Assembly (NCBI RefSeq): GCF_006345805.1
Contig: NC_042997.1
Span: 136,090,001-136,154,000, forward strand
DNA: 64,000 nucleotides
DNA from: Octopus sinensis
Lineage: Eukaryota
Direction of reading: 5' to 3'
Shown: positions 23,101-38,476 of the stretch, piece by piece
Layout of the letters: the number at the start of each line of letters is the position of its first letter
Position numbering within the stretch: the first letter of the stretch is position 1
Translations under genes and position numbers: made by a program
The notes under the pieces: model-generated
Told to the model about the DNA's origin: nothing
The model's input: the letters and a program-made list of their open reading frames with translations, nothing else
The model's database searches: none

Positions 23101-23924
23101 AATCAATAGGGACAGCTTTATAATATTCGGTGTTTCTAGATGAATCTCCGAGAAAATTATGTCAACGATACGCGCGTCTGTGGACCGTTCAACCATTTGC
23201 ACGCTATTTTCACGAACAGGCTGTTTCTTTGATCATATCAACTAGAACACCCGTTATCGTAACCAACGGAGATGCCAGCCAGCCATATTTCTGGCAAACA
23301 TTGAAGACAACACTACAAGTATTTCGGTTCTTACTCTGATCTGAGGACATTATGAATGAAGAACTTAAGTAAATGAACAAATCTGTTCATTTGCTGGTAT
23401 AGAAAAATAGAACAGATTGGAAATTGCATATAAAGAGAGCAACTTTTATGAAAGATAAGTGAAGTTAAATTAATGTTAACGCATTTAATCCATGAAAACC
23501 TAAGATCTAAGTAGACACAAATTATCGATAGGCTCAGGCCTGGCTGCGTGGTAAGAAGCTTGCCGAATAAAACTCCCTCCAAAGCAGAGCTAAAAATGCA
23601 ATTGTCAAGTAGATATGAGGTTTTTAACAGGAGCGATATATCCAAAATTGGTAAAACTAAAAATCGTCGAGGGTAAATTAAATTTATTGTTACTGGATAT
23701 GTTAAGATTATTTAATTTCTGAACGGTTTTGCTGCCGTTTGTTTATGTAGTTTGATTTCTTTATTCATCATTTTCTACTAAGATAGAGACGCGAGTAAGA
23801 TTAATAATAGAGAAGCGAAAACAAAAGTTTGGAAACAGCAATGCCGCCATAACTTATGTGGAAACTATAAGCGTGCTTTCAAGGGAGATAATCAGAGAAA
23901 GACTTGAAAGTCAACATAAGATCG

Positions 23925-24155
23925 TAATACGTCACGTACAATAATGCAAATATATCAAATAATCCAGAATCTTTGTCCGGCACCGGGTCGATACCCAATT
24001 CTAATCGGTTCGTACCAGTCACGACGCCAAACATCCCTGAAAGTTTCATCCAAATCCATCAGCGGTTTTTTGAGATATCTTGTCCACGGACAAACAAACA
24101 AACAAACAAACACGACTGAAACAATTCCTCCGCCTTCGCTAAGGTGGATGTAATA
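23925..24155 (-). mobile_element. Helentron/DINE-1-like non-autonomous element fragment
   Basis: Terminal hairpin tccaccttagcgaaggcggagg, a (TTTG)n tract, then atctcaaaaaccgctgatggatttggatgaaacttt. This layout is typical of HINE/DINE-1-like elements; family recognised from memory. Confidence 0.5.
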
Positions 24156-24339
24156 AAAGGAATATAGTGAACACAAAACAATAGAGGAGAGTAAGTAAGC
24201 AATAAGAAATAAGAAGACTTTGTATTTGATTTGCAAATTCTTGATGTCAAGTGTATAAAAAATATAAGCTCTGAAAAATAACAGAAAATAGAAGAAAACA
24301 AAGCAAAGGTATATAGTACATTTTATATTCAATCCGTCA

Positions 24340-24700
24340 TCTTTTACTTATCTTTGGTCTGCAACCATGCTGTTGCATCGCTTTGAAGGGTTTTTGTTTA
24401 ATGATTCGACCCCAGTGTTAAATTTTAAGTTAGGTACTTATTCTATTGATCTTTTTTTTCCGAACTGCTTATTTACAGAAATGTGAACAAACCAACACCA
24501 GTTGTTAAGTGATGGTGGGGAGACAAGCACAAGCAAAAAGACACACAGATATATACATAGCTTCCGTCTTCCAAATCCACTCACAAGGCTTTGATCGGTC
24601 CGGGTTTATAGTGGAAGATATTTGCCCAAGCTGCAGGGCATTGGGACTGAACCCAAGACCACATGGTTGGGAAGCAAGCTTCGGACCGCATTGCCACGCC
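24340..24700 (-). mobile_element. SINE family A, degenerate
   Basis: Reverse-complement match to the family A head and body (aaatccactcacaaggctttg, ttgcccaag, gactgaaccc). Confidence 0.75.
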
Positions 24701-24739
24701 TGAGCCTATTTATTTACAAATATATAATCTGTGTGTGTA

Positions 24740-24775
<36 letters not shown>

Positions 24776-24964
24776 GTGTGTGTATGTGTGTGTGTGTGTG
24801 TAAACTCTTGTATGCAGAGGCTTCAGTGTAAAGAAGAAGAGAAAAAAGAAGACAATATGCTGAAACAGTGCAAAAATATATTGTATATGTTAAACGACAG
24901 GTTTCAATTTCGTAACTCTCATAAATATCAATTCCAAATATTGGCAGAAGACCAGTAGATTTGG

Positions 24965-25352
24965 AGAGGGAGTAACTCGAATACATCGACCCCACTGCTC
25001 AATTAGTATTTATTTTATCCCGCCCCCAAGTATGAAATTCTAAGTCGACGTCGGTGGAATTTGAACTCAGGGCGTAAAGACGGACGAAACACCTTTAAGC
25101 ATATTGCCAGGCGTGCCAACAATTCTTATTTCTTTACTACCCACAAGGGGCTAAACACAGAAGGGACAAACAAGGACAGACAAACGGATTAAGTCAATTA
25201 CATCGCCCCCAGTGCGTAACTGGTACTTAATTTATCGACTCCGAAAGGATGAAAGTCGACCTCGGCGTAATTTGAACTCATAACGTAACGGCAGACGAAA
25301 TACGGCTATGCATTTCGCCCGGCGTGCTAACGATTCTGCCAGTTCGCCGCCT
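24965..25352 (-). mobile_element. Two tandem copies of tRNA-derived SINE family B (older 24965-25125, near-complete 25126-25352)
   Basis: Head aaggcggcgaactggcagaatcgttagcacgccgggcgaaat...gagttcaaattacgccgaggtcgactttcatcc; both copies share it. Confidence 0.8.
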
Positions 25353-26302
25353 TTATAACACTTATAAATATTAACATAAACTTTTTTTAAAAGATTAAAT
25401 AGATATATTGTAACAAACAAAACAGTTCTTGTCTCTAAGAAATTCCCGCTTATATAATTCTTTTGGATGATTTTGAAACTGAAGATATTCGTTTCAGTAC
25501 CTAGAAAATGTTAATGCATATTCTCAATTCTCTAAATATTTTTGATTGATGACAATATTGATTATAACTTATTACCAAGCGACATAAATTCTGAAGTTTG
25601 AGAGAGTTGCCGTTCTGCTATATATCTATATTATAAGAATATTTGAAGCCGATATTATATAATATATCTACTCGATATAGCACAATGTTTATGAGGGACA
25701 GTATGTATTTTCAAATTTGACTCAAATCCTACAACATATCTGTTTTTCTCTTTCCCGCTGAATAGATATGAGGGTGTAACATGTTTTCCACTTTCAAGTA
25801 GGTTCCAGAAACTCATTCCGAAGTGTGATATATATATGAGTGTCTTTAATATTCTTTTCTCAAACTATCCACAACGCGCAGGTGGTCATTTGCATGGTTT
25901 TAGAACTTGATACACTTATAAAAACACAATTTTCTTTCTCTATTATATGGATTGATATTTATATCATACGTTATTTACCTCTGGTCAGCAGGCTGTATAA
26001 TTTCCATATACGAGTTCTTTTTTAGTCAATGGTCGGCTATCTTTATATCGACTCGATTTTATGACGAGGACAGTTTCAATTTTATACAAAACACAAGGTC
26101 TTGAATGTAGAATATCTATAAAAGTAATGCAAATAAGGTTGTAGCATTAGTACTCGTGCTTCTCTCCGAGGAGTGCATCACAAGCTGAAGGTGCGAAACA
26201 AAAGTGCTACTATTGCAATTACAAAGACACACACACATCTTCAGACATACATACATTCACACACACACATACACACGCATATATGTTTGTATATGTATAC
26301 TC

Positions 26303-26718
26303 TTTATTCTTTACTCTTTTACTTGTTTCAGTCATTTGACTGCGGCCATGCTGGAGCACCGCCTTTAGTCGAGCAAATCGACCCCGGGACTTATTCTTTG
26401 TAAGTCCAGTACTTATTCTATCGGTCTCTTTTGCCGAACCGCTAAGTGACGGGGACGTAAACACACCAGCATCGGTTGTCAAGCAATGCTAGGGGGACAA
26501 ACACAGACACACAAACACACACACATACACACATATATTTATATATACATATATACGACAGGCTTCTTTCTGTTTTCGTCTACCAAATCCACTCACAAGG
26601 CATTGGTCGTCCCGGGGCTATAGTAGAAGACACTTGCCCAAGATGCCACGCAGTGGACTGAACTCGGAACCATGTGGTTGGTTAGCAAGCTACTTACCAC
26701 ACAGCCACTCCTGCGCCT
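26303..26718 (-). mobile_element. SINE family A, full length, young
   Basis: Complete head (ggcgcaggagtggctgtgtggtaag) through 3' tail (ggcggtgctccagcatggccgcagtcaaatgactgaaacaagtaaaagag). Confidence 0.92.
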
Positions 26719-26752
26719 ATATGTATGTGCGTATAAATATATATGTGCGTGT

Positions 26753-26838
<86 letters not shown>

Positions 26839-27182
26839 AGTAAATAAAAGCAGATTGATTGTGGTTCACTACAGCTGTTTCAGATGTGTGTTTTATTGAT
26901 GAACAGAAGTGTCACATCATGCAGAAAAACGTTTTTTATCAAGTGAATGCAGATAAAATTTAAACATTTCAAACATTTTAAGAACAAGTACATTGTGCTA
27001 TATTACTACCGACACACGTTCGGTCAGTGTGAATGTATGCACAACCGCAGTACACATTGGTGTTTACTTTAGTATGCAAGTACTTGGTTTTAAATATTGC
27101 TAGTACACGATAGTGCTATAACTGACTTGTCCTTGGTGCTTTACTATTTAAGGAACTGATTCTCTGGAATCCTGGAAATTTC

Positions 27183-27275
<93 letters not shown>

Positions 27276-29383
27276 ATATATTTAAATAGAGAATAAAATG
27301 CAGAATATTAAGAAGAGCATACATAATTTCTGAATCGACAGCTCTTTCAGGAGGCTCGAATTTACGTAATAATCGTAATGTTTATAATTTTTTATGGAAT
27401 GTGCAAAAAGTCTTAGTTGCATACTACCATATGTGCGATTTCTTTCATCAGCAGAGAGTTGGAAAAAGCAGGTTTCATAGTATTGCCGGAGGTTTAAAGG
27501 GTGAAGAATGGGATTTCTCTTATAGCTGCTCTTGACGCCGAGAACCTAGTCGTCAGTGAAGAATTCGGAGTTTAAGTTCAAATTCATTTAAGCGCTACTA
27601 CGTGTCTTCTATCCTGATCATATGTAGCTCTCACATGTTGCTCACCACCAATCATTTAGCGTGTGTTTAGGAGAATTCACTCGGTTCCAAACATTCGATC
27701 TTGAGGTACACTCCTTCCTCCCATCAGTCACAAAGACCCTACAAAGGGTGATGATCATAGTCTTCCAACCTGGCGAAAAGATAAGGAAGTTTGGCTCGTG
27801 TTTTTCTGTTCAAAAACTGATTTGCTTTTTGAGTTTGTGAAACTTTAAGTAATGCATATCTGGGGTCATTATATTAATGCAAGTATTTACTCACCGCTGT
27901 TAATGTTCTTCTGACGCAGATTCATGTATGTATTTTATATATAATGCACATATAAACATACATGCGCACCTTCAATTTTATATATTGTACAAGCTTTTAG
28001 ATATGTATTAGTGTATGTGTGTGGTAATTATGGTAGCACATCTTTATATCATTAAGTGATCAGGAAAAGGTTTGATCGTAAAGCATTCACTTTCCTTTCT
28101 CTAAACATTGTTTTCATTTCTAATCTTTATTTTCGTTTATACTCCATCTCTCTTTCTCTCTTGCTCTCTTTCTATATTGCTCTCTTTCTCTCTTTCTTTC
28201 TCTCTCTGTGTCTCTCTCTTGCTCTCTTTCTCTCTTTCTTTCACTCTCTCTCTCTCTCTCTTTCTCTTAGACACATCGCTCACACATAAGCACACGCATA
28301 AACAAATACACACACAAACACATACACACAAAATCGTGTGCACACATTCATATATTCATACACACATGCATATATATATGTGTGTGTGGTGTGTGTGTGT
28401 GTGTCTGGTGTGTGGTTCGTGTGTGCTTGTGTGTGTTTATGAGTGTGGTAGCTATAATCCCCACACTTATTTATTTCTTGTTAACATCCTTTTGATATTA
28501 GAATTATGTTACCAACTGGAGCAGTATGATTTTAGGTTGTTTATTTAAGTTGCAAAAAATAACAGAACCCGTTAAGCTACACACACTACTCGAATACTTT
28601 GTTAGCTTAGAGGAAGCCGTTTTGAGTGTATGATGCTTATGTTGGAATTTTACATAGTTGTTCTAACAGGCCAAGATTACAGGAAAGATAAACACCAATA
28701 AGAGATTTGCTTATACCAAGTCCCTAATTTTCTTCACCCCACCCACCCACTTTAAACTTTTTTGTTATTTCTATTTCTACTTAACTTTCTATTTGCTTAT
28801 ACTTCTCATTAAACGTTTTCCTCCATTGCTCCTCTTACACATACTTTCTCTCATTCTCTTTCTCTTTCTCTCTTTCTTTCTCCCTCTCTCTCTCTCTCTT
28901 CTTCTTCTTCCTTCTTCCTTTTTATGACTCTTATTTAACCTTCCTCACCTGTTCTCCATGCTTTCAGATTCGGTCCCCACTTTTATGTCTCTCATCTACC
29001 ACCACCACCACCTCACAATGTAACGACGAAGCATCCAAGTAGTAACTCGAGCTACTAGAATTAACCCTCATATGTCCCACAAACATACCACAAATCACAT
29101 ACAAGCGTTTCAAATAAAAAACAGAGGTGGTGGTCACTGCTTGAATGCCTTTGGTAAGAAATCAAGGCCGACTAGGGCTTGAACAACTAACTCCTCTACT
29201 TCTCAAGGGCATCTCACCTTAATTCTAGTACTATCCTTATTTTCTTTAGTATGTCATCGCTCTTTCTTTCTCTCCCTTGCTCTCTCTCTCTCTCTCTTTC
29301 TCTCCCTCCCTCTCTCTTTCTCTTTCTCTTCACTCTTTCATTTCTTCTTTTTCGTCTCTCTCTTTCTCTCTCCCTCTCTCTCT

Positions 29384-29763
29384 CCTAGTAATTTCGTATA
29401 TGTGTGTATGAAGGCGCTTGACCAAATACTTAATTGTTGAACTCAAAAACCTTAATATAGGTCGTAGGTTTGCTTCCTGGACTGGGAAGCGCGTTGTGTT
29501 CTTGAGCAAGGAGCTGCTCTTCACATAACTTAAATCCACTCAGCTGAAAAATGAATTCCATACTAGTGTAGATGCAGCTAGCTGTTACGTACCAAATTAA
29601 ATGCTTTCACTTTTCTTTCTAATGTGCTCTTTCTCTTTTAAACTTTGCCCGTGTTTCTGTCTCGTTACCTATCTTTCCCTTCATCCCTCCATCCCGCCCT
29701 GTCTCTCTCTCTTTCTCCCTCCTTCCATGAAAACCTTTCCATTTCAGTGTCTACTTCTGCAGT

Positions 29764-29810
<47 letters not shown>

Positions 29811-30140
29811 GTAATTTCGTATATGTGTGTATGAAGGCGCTTGACCAAATACTTAATTGTTGAACTCAAAAACCTTAATATAGGTCGTAGGTTTGCTTCC
29901 TGGACTGGGAAGCGCGTTGTGTTCTTGAGCAAGGAGCTGCTCTTCACATAACTTAAATCCACTCAGCTGAAAAATGAATTCCATACTAGTGTAGATGCAG
30001 CTAGCTGTTACGTACCAAATAAATGCTTTCACTTTTCTTTCTAATGTGCTCTTTCTCTTTTAAACTTTGCCCGTGTTTCTGTCTCGTTACCTATCTTTCC
30101 TTCATCCCTCCATCCCGCCCTGTCTCTCTCTCTTTCTCTC
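29384..30140 (+). repeat. Tandem duplication, period 423 bp, containing a decayed SINE head
   Basis: cctagtaatttcgtatatg... begins at 29384 and 29807; ~330 bp are nearly identical, differing by single-base indels in homopolymers. Confidence 0.9.
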
Positions 30141-30314
30141 CCTCCCTCTCTCTTTCTCTTTCTCTCTCTCTCTCTCTCTTTCTCTTTCTCTTCACTCTTT
30201 CATTTCTTCTTTTTCGTCTCTCTCTTTCTCTTTCTCTCTTTCTTCTCTCCCTTGCTCTCTCTCTCTCTCTTTCTCTCCCTCCCTCTCTCTTTCTCTTTCT
30301 CTCTTTCTTTCTCC

Positions 30315-30400
<86 letters not shown>

Positions 30401-31464
30401 CTCTCTTCAACTGATTGTTTCTTTAGAAAGTTCACTCTGCTTCACGTTTCACTTGTTTATGTTTCTTACAATCACAAAATCGTTGATCAACATGACACTA
30501 TTGTAAACGGAAAAACATATATGTGCTTCAATGGTTTTTTATGGAAACCATTGAAAAATTTTTTAGTAAACAAATAAACGGCTAGACACTCATACGAACA
30601 AAGATACATTTAATTCACATCTACATATACTCACAGAATGACATGCATAGATACAGACATACAGACAGACAGACAGACATTTAGACTGACAAACAGTAGG
30701 AAAGCCATGTGCATGCATAAGTGTGTGCATATCTGCAAAACACTAAAAGCCATTTGCCTGTAAAGTGTATATATATATATATATATGTATGTGAGCGCAT
30801 GTGTACGTGTGTATAATGTGTATGGATATTTGTGTGTATGTGTGTCTATCTGTCTGTCTGCCTGTGTCTGTGTCTCTGTGTGTCTCTGTATCTGTGTATG
30901 CGTGCGTCTGTGTATGTCTGTGCGTGTGTGTTGGAATGCTCAGATTTTCAGTAGGAAATATTTGATGATACTTAGATGTTTTTAGTAGCCAAATGTTTTA
31001 GTGAAAGATTCTTTTTCACGAGGCAACTGGATGGGAATGCCAACTGGAATAACAATCAGAGCAAACGGTTTACACATCATGATTGCTTGTAATAAAATGT
31101 TTATCTTGCATTTTCTGGAATCAATGGCCAATTATTTTAAGAGTGTTGGAAAATGTAAAGTCTGATATTGATGCTGTTTTCCATGTGACATTGAAACTTA
31201 TTCCAATGACATGAGCTCACATGTAAATGCATGGTTAAAATGTTTGCTTCAAAATCGTGAGATTTTGTGTTCCATCTCTATTCGAAACAATTTTAGTGTG
31301 TTGTACCATATCCTTCTTAGAAAGAAATTGTACAGATGCTCCACAAACGGACCGTGTTATTCAAGTAATTCAAAAGCGTCGCCTTTTCACCTCATGCTCA
31401 ACGCTCAGTCTGATTAAAATTAAGTCTATAAATGTATATGACATATTTGTGATACTCAGTCACA

Positions 31465-31777
31465 AAACCGGCTCTCCATCGTGGGTTTCAGTTGATACGA
31501 TCGACGGAACAGCCTGTTTGTGAAGTTAACGTGCAAGTGACTGAGCATTCCACAGACACGTGCAACCTTAACGTAATTCTCAGGATGATTCAGTGTGACT
31601 CAGAATGTGACAAGGCTGGCCCATTTGAAATACAGGTACTGCTCAATTTTGATCGAGTTGAGTGAACTGGAGCAACATAAAATAAAGTGTCTTGCTCAAG
31701 GACACAATGCGCCGCCGGGAATCGAACTCAGGACTTCACGATCGTGAGCCGAATACCTTAACCATTAAACCACGTAC
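31465..31777 (-). mobile_element. tRNA-derived SINE family C
   Basis: Minus strand has head gtggtttaatggttaaggtattcggctcacgatc...gagttcgattcccggcggcgcattgtgtccttgagcaagacactt; body homologous to 53910-54210. Confidence 0.8.
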
Positions 31778-32689
31778 TTTCGTTCAGTCACAATATACTA
31801 GAAAACTACATAATTTCATTGATTGAAAAACAAGACCATTCACTCGCCAAAATCGAACTGAAACCCATTCATTCAATAAAAGAGCATTAAACATCTATTG
31901 AAATGAGTTGAAATTTCAGATTGTGTAAATAGACATATCTCTCACTTTATGATGCATATCATTGTTTATAACGAACGTACGTGTCAGAAAATTTGGAACG
32001 AATCTATACATCTGTCAGGAAGAAACTTAGATCATTCTATCAACTCCCAATTTATGTATTACTTATTCAATTGACACATTGTAGCAAACCGGGTAGATCG
32101 ATACATACATAGGTTGGTCTTCAATTCGAAACCACCATTTCTTCATTGTGGGTTTCCTTGCTCTGCCTATAAATTGTATTTATTTGTCATTTTGTACTAC
32201 ATGCTTCAACAACTCAATTTTCACCTTCCAGAGAAAAGACGAACTTTAGAATAATATACGTGCAGTACTCTAGTTGTTGTTGTTTTCGCTATTATGTTTT
32301 GCTTTTTGCTTTTTTGCTAGTTTCTTTATTGTAACATTGATTATTCTTTATGTTCCGGTTTTTGCTTTCGTTATTTTCTAGTTGTTTGTGTGTATATAAG
32401 TAACTGATCAACTATATAAATGTTTTCATTCAATAATACTTACATAACGGATGAAATAAGAAACTGAAAGGGTGTAGCTCAAAAAAAAAGAGAGGCACTT
32501 TAAGTGCTTTAGATTAAATGAATCGTCCACTTATCTAAATCTAATTATCTTGCCCTTTCCAGCACATACTTCTGAATATTCCACCAAATATCTTACAATG
32601 GAAAGAAGGAAAGAAAGACAGAAAGAAACAAACAAACAAACAAACAAAGGAGGGAAGGAAGAAAGAAAGAAAGAACAAAAGAAAGACAG

Positions 32690-32905
<216 letters not shown>

Positions 32906-35264
32906 ATCGATCGAACTGTAAAAATCTGTAAAACTTTCCAGAAGTTTATCATTTAAATATATCTATGAGCATGCCTAGATATGCAACTATATGCATGAGA
33001 ATACATACATAAAACATATAAATCTGCATATACATACATATATACATACATACCCTGTTGTTGATGTTGTAATTTCAATGAAGGAGTTTGGGATCTAGGT
33101 TAGAAACCGGTTCTTTCTCTATTGGCAAGAAATCTTGAAATAACTTGAATAATGACATTCATGCATACATACATACATACATACATACATACATACATAC
33201 ATACATACATACATACATACATACATACATACATGCATGCATGCATACATACATACATGCATACATACATACATACATACATACATACATACATACATAC
33301 ATACATACATACATACATACATACATACATACATGGATAATCATGTTAGAAAAGTATTTTATTCTCATTAATAGTTTCGCATTTCCTACTTCATAAGTTT
33401 ATATTTCTCTTTAATAGAAAATCACATGTCAAAACCGTACGGATCTGGTACGCCATGAAGTCAGAATTTCCGAACATGTCAGCTCAAGGAATCGTACGAT
33501 AGCCGAAAAGTAACTGGTGTATAAAAACTACTGAAATATTTCTCTGTGTAAAGAGAGCACTTAATTATTTTGAACTATTTGCCCCGCCATCCAATCTGAT
33601 TACCTGCAATGTAGCTGTGTTTTGTAAGGAGTGTGTTTTGTAAGGACAACTATCTGCAACATCGTTTGCAGAGAAGGCAAGAAATCAAATGGGCCGAATT
33701 GTCTGACTCTAAGTTCTGTATTGTGAGATATAAGAAAATGACTTGTAATTTCTGTATTATGGTTGAGATTTTTCCACCGAGAAGACCTAGCCTCCCTGAA
33801 AGCGAAGCCCCTTGGGCAAGCATATATACGGTATCATAAACATGTGCATGATCCATATATTCTCAAACTCATGAACTTAATTTCTTAAACCAACTAAGAA
33901 GCTTGTTTACTTGAAAGCGTTCTTTTTGCTTACATAGTTTGTTGTCTGTCTTTTAGATACATTTTATTGTACATTATTGCAAAATATTTTATGGTTAAGA
34001 TAACAAGAAACCCACCAGGTTAGCTAGTTTCTTTGTTTCTTTCCGCCTCGAGGATAATATTTAAGACAAGATGTTGAAAATATTTGAAAAAAAAACAGTA
34101 ATTTAAACGATCGTGTCGTCTTTCACAAAATCCGTCTGGTGGGGTGTTAGGAGGTGATTCTTCTGGTGAAAGTGAAAAAGCTTCTAAATTTCCTTTACTT
34201 CACTCTTCTTGTGGTTGAAGACTTTCTTCCTCTCAGAGTTCAAAGACAAAAATGTTGCATCAGCAACAGCAGCAACAATATGCCAAACGATAATATTTAA
34301 AACCTGTCAAACATCGCCACCGCAACAAAATCAGCCACAGCGACAATAACAGCAGCAAAGCGAAGACGGAAAAATACCAGTGAGGTTTTAATATCACCGC
34401 CACAACCGCCATTACCATAGCTACTGCAGTAATTAACAATTACAGCAACAATAATAACAGTAATGACAAGGTAAACAAAGCAGTATGTAGCAATTATGAA
34501 GGCATCATCATTACCTCAACTGCCACTACCGTGTCAGCTGTAATCATCGGTAGTAGTAATAAAGAGACCACTGTCATCGCCACCTTCTCAATCGTTGATG
34601 AAAATATCGTATTAATGCCACAGTATTGTTTTTATTACATATTTCTACACGTCTAACAAAAACATCAAACGATTGTATCTTCTCTTTAATACTGCCCTTG
34701 AACTCTGGTGGCAAATAAAAACCGTTATTAGTATTGCTGTTCTTATTAACATTATCATCATCATCATCATTATTATTATAATCATCATTTTTATTATTAC
34801 TATTATTACTGTAACAAGGTAATGTTGTAATCGGTTTAATACTGTGTACCTAGGAAGAAAAATATGCTTGAATATTCCTTTTGATTGCATTTTATGCTGT
34901 TTCTACCTTTCCTTGTTTTATATCAACAACTTTTCTTGATGTGTCTTACTGACCCAAGCGAATAAGTTTTCTATAGTACATTTTCTCCCTCTTTCTTTTC
35001 TCTCTCTCTCTCTCTCTCTCTCTTTCCCTCTCTCTTTCTTTCTTTCCTTCTTCCTCTCTCCCACCCTCAGATTAAGATGTAGTTTACTCTCAAATTCCCT
35101 TCAAAACCACACTGGTAATTGACAGATAAGATCATAAGATCACTTCTGCATTGTAATATTTAGGAACTTCATACTTCAAGTTCGAATAATATTCTGTATT
35201 TTCGTTTTTCTAAATATTCTGGTATCAGAATTTTGCAATACAAATAAATATACTTACAAACTTA

Positions 35265-35485
35265 AAGGTAGTTCCTAGATGTAATTCTAGCCACAATCAA
35301 AAACTCGTTTAATAAACTCAATGGAAAACGAACATGTCAACGTAAGCTTTTGCTATAACGCTATAGTTTCCAATCTTATCCATAGCATCATTAATATTTC
35401 AATTTAGCCTTTCACAAAGAACTATTTGATAAGACAGCCACTTACTAGAATGTCTTAGATACCAGCATATATATATATATATATA

Positions 35486-35561
<76 letters not shown>

Positions 35562-35760
35562 CAGCTCTAACCAACGCCAAATACAATCCAACAACCCGTT
35601 TTACTAATTAACAAGTCTAATACTGCCAAATTTTTCCAAGCCTTTATTGATAAAGACTTCCTCCCTAACTACAGATAAATAGATAACGAAAATGATTTTA
35701 TAGCTGCAATCTTCAATTATTGTTGCTCTACCAATAAAAAGAATATATTTTCCTCCCAAG
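35265..35760 (+). pseudogene. Third, strongly decayed PLE RT remnant interrupted by (TA)n
   Basis: Manual translation gives FLDVIL..., ELFDKTATY*NVLDTS, KSNTAKFFQAFIDKDFLPNYR and FYSCN, in the same order as NFLDVTL, DIFKAAAPYYNEALARS, PVAKIFFTLLQKHFPTQH and LSYST of ORF 655-2145. Confidence 0.45.
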
Positions 35761-38299
35761 AATTTAAACCAGGAGTTACGCAAAAATATTGCATGTATCT
35801 GTTGATTATGCATTGAAATGTAGAAACCATGATATAAGTAATAGTATGACTTCTACCGAACAAACCTCAACGTAATAAAAAAAATTGCAATATACTAATG
35901 AACGAAATAAAGTTAAAACGGTTATTAAAAAGTACCTAACTCCATCTGACAAAAGGAAATATTTTCATTTAAATTGCAGAAGATCCTTGAGAGGTCGAAA
36001 TCTTACACCAGCATAATTAAATTATATGATATTTTCAGATGTGAAAGCTTCGTCTTCAGCAAAATTATGCAGTTCTGGCCTTAACTCATTTTCTCTCAAC
36101 GCTATCTGATGTTTTCAGAAAACATGACTAAATAAACCCACTAACACATTCTGCCTGTCCATATTCTCTCAATTCACCATCAAAGTGAGGTGTATATACA
36201 ACAGGGACATACGTATAAGACTGTCTTCATACATTAATTCTTTTCACCAGAATGGTTTTCCCTTGAATACACTTAACTTTATCATTTACCCTAAATCCTC
36301 GAGTATAATCCGCATTTTTTTCCTTATTTCGCTTCATTTATATTATTTTCTTTCTATATATAGTGGGTTTCGTTTTGCTTTATATTTTTATTTTGTTTTA
36401 ACGTATAATTAGCTCAATGTTTTGCTTTCTTTTTTGTTGTTTAAGGGAAGAACTGGTAAAGTACAGGAAGTAGATATACATTTACGCCAAGTTTGTGGTT
36501 AATATGTTAGCCATAAACATTATAGTCATTTCCTCCGTTTAAAGTTTGAGGTTACCTTTCTCTACATAAAATGTTAACAACCAAGCAATGCTTTAGGTCT
36601 TATCTATCAAATTAATTGGGTCGGTCTGGAGAATATAATTATCCTTTTTTAATTATTTAAATGCCGATATCTTAATCCTCGAATTGTCTTTCTTTTAATA
36701 TATGTTTCCCGTATCCATTACATCTTTCTGATTTATTTGTCTACGTTTAAAGCAATATGTATCTAAAATTCACTATTTCTCTGAAATAACATTATTCTAT
36801 AGTTAAGCTAGCATGTTTTATGTTTCAATTTTTTTCATGTAATAGATATAATAGTTATTGAAACTAGTATAAATATATATATATATATAGTTCGTATTAT
36901 GAAACCGATTGAACGCTGAACTTTAATATCCGTAATTTACTAAATATGAAAAAGAAAAAAATAGTGTGAAATTTGTTATGCTCTCGCATTAACCCTGTTG
37001 TGAATATTTGTGAACCAATGTAAAATTGGCAATATTTCTTCTTTATAAACCACTTAAATGAAAATTAAGATTAAGTGCGCACGATAATAGTTGTTTCCAG
37101 AAGTACAAAAAAGACTTCATTTTAATTATGATGTAATTTTATTCATGTTCCAGGACTAAAGTTTTTAAGTGTAAAGAATTATTTCCATGTTGCTAAAGTG
37201 GGTACCTAATATCTTTGGACGTGAATATACGATAAGACACATTGTAAGTCTTAAATTACCTAATAAGCAGTAGGAGGCGTTTGTTTTTATTACGTAAAAT
37301 TAACATCGCAAGATGACAACTTCTTTGCAGAGAAATAAATGCAGCGTAAATATATTTTGGGAATAATTTATTATCTAATTTATTGTGTGTATCTTTAATC
37401 GATTTTTCCCATGTATACATAGTAAATTTAATGTTTGCTCAACAAAAAATTAATTATTACAATTAATTTTATCGAACAGCTATCAAACTCTTCATTGTTT
37501 TGTCTTGTTACAAAACAAAAGTAAAATAAAAAATATAGTTGTTTCCTTTTACATTATACGATAGTTTAATAGATTTACCTCAATTAACATTGTGTGTTAC
37601 TAATTAAACAACAAGAGGCTTTCCTTGGAGAGCACTCATGACGATTTAAACTAATTGCAGTATTTAGCTTCCGTTTCTATGTTTAGCAGTTCAAATTTCA
37701 CTGGACTGCTCTAGTTTTCTAGCTTTTATTTTCAGTAAATCAACACCAGTAAATTTTAGGAATACTTTGAAGACACACTCAAATCATTTCATTCAGCCAC
37801 TTCTGTATGAGAGAAAAAGAAATCGCGTTAGGAGATTTTACGAAATTAATTGCTTCTAGAAAATCACCAGAAAGACAAAATACGTGTTTTTTGTACTGTA
37901 TACAAATAATAGATCACACAGTCAATCCGTTTGGATAAATGCTTGAAATACCAGTTCTTTTCTTTTTTCTTTAAATGACTATAGCAAAAAGAATCTCTCA
38001 TTAGATTTTTACTTCAAATTACTCGAAATAATATTATATACCAGAATTCATTAATTCGATTGTTATCAAGATGTACTGTAAAAGCTTTTTTAGGCGTCAC
38101 AGCTTGTTGAATATGTGCAGAGACCTGTATTTTGACCCTGGCCAAAGCAGTAAGTGTTTGGTGGTGGTTGGAGTAACTATAGTAACAGAACTTGTATCTC
38201 TGGTTTTCGTCACTGCTTACAATTTTGTTCCATTTGTTTTCAAATTTCGTATTGATTTTGTATATCAATTACGAAAACGAAATTTATTTTTCCTATAAA

Positions 38300-38476
38300 T
38301 TTATAAAGTCTAAAGATGGGACTCAGCAAATTGAGAGTACCTGGGCGTCTTTAAAACGTGGAAACAAATGCCGGTGTGAGACACACCGTTATCTTTGTGA
38401 ATTTATGTGGAGAAGGAGATATGAGAAAGATCATTTATTTCATAAAATTTTAGAGTTTATTGCAAACTTACGTTAA
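38300..38476 (+). mobile_element. Merlin (IS1016/IS1595-like DDE) transposase C-terminal remnant
   Basis: TQQIESTWASLKR...YLCEFMWRRRYEKDHLFHKILEFIA matches the TQ.IE..W...K...YL.EF.WR Merlin C-terminus. No TIRs identified. Confidence 0.65.

Noticed and set aside
33580-33600. GC box next to CCAAT (gccccgccatccaatc)
   Set aside because: Short motifs with no downstream gene or CpG-rich context; chance occurrence is likely.
34240-34620. Q/N/T/A-rich low-complexity stretch resembling a coding exon
   Set aside because: It is a decayed (ACA/GCA/ATA) trinucleotide region with stops and no sustained ORF.
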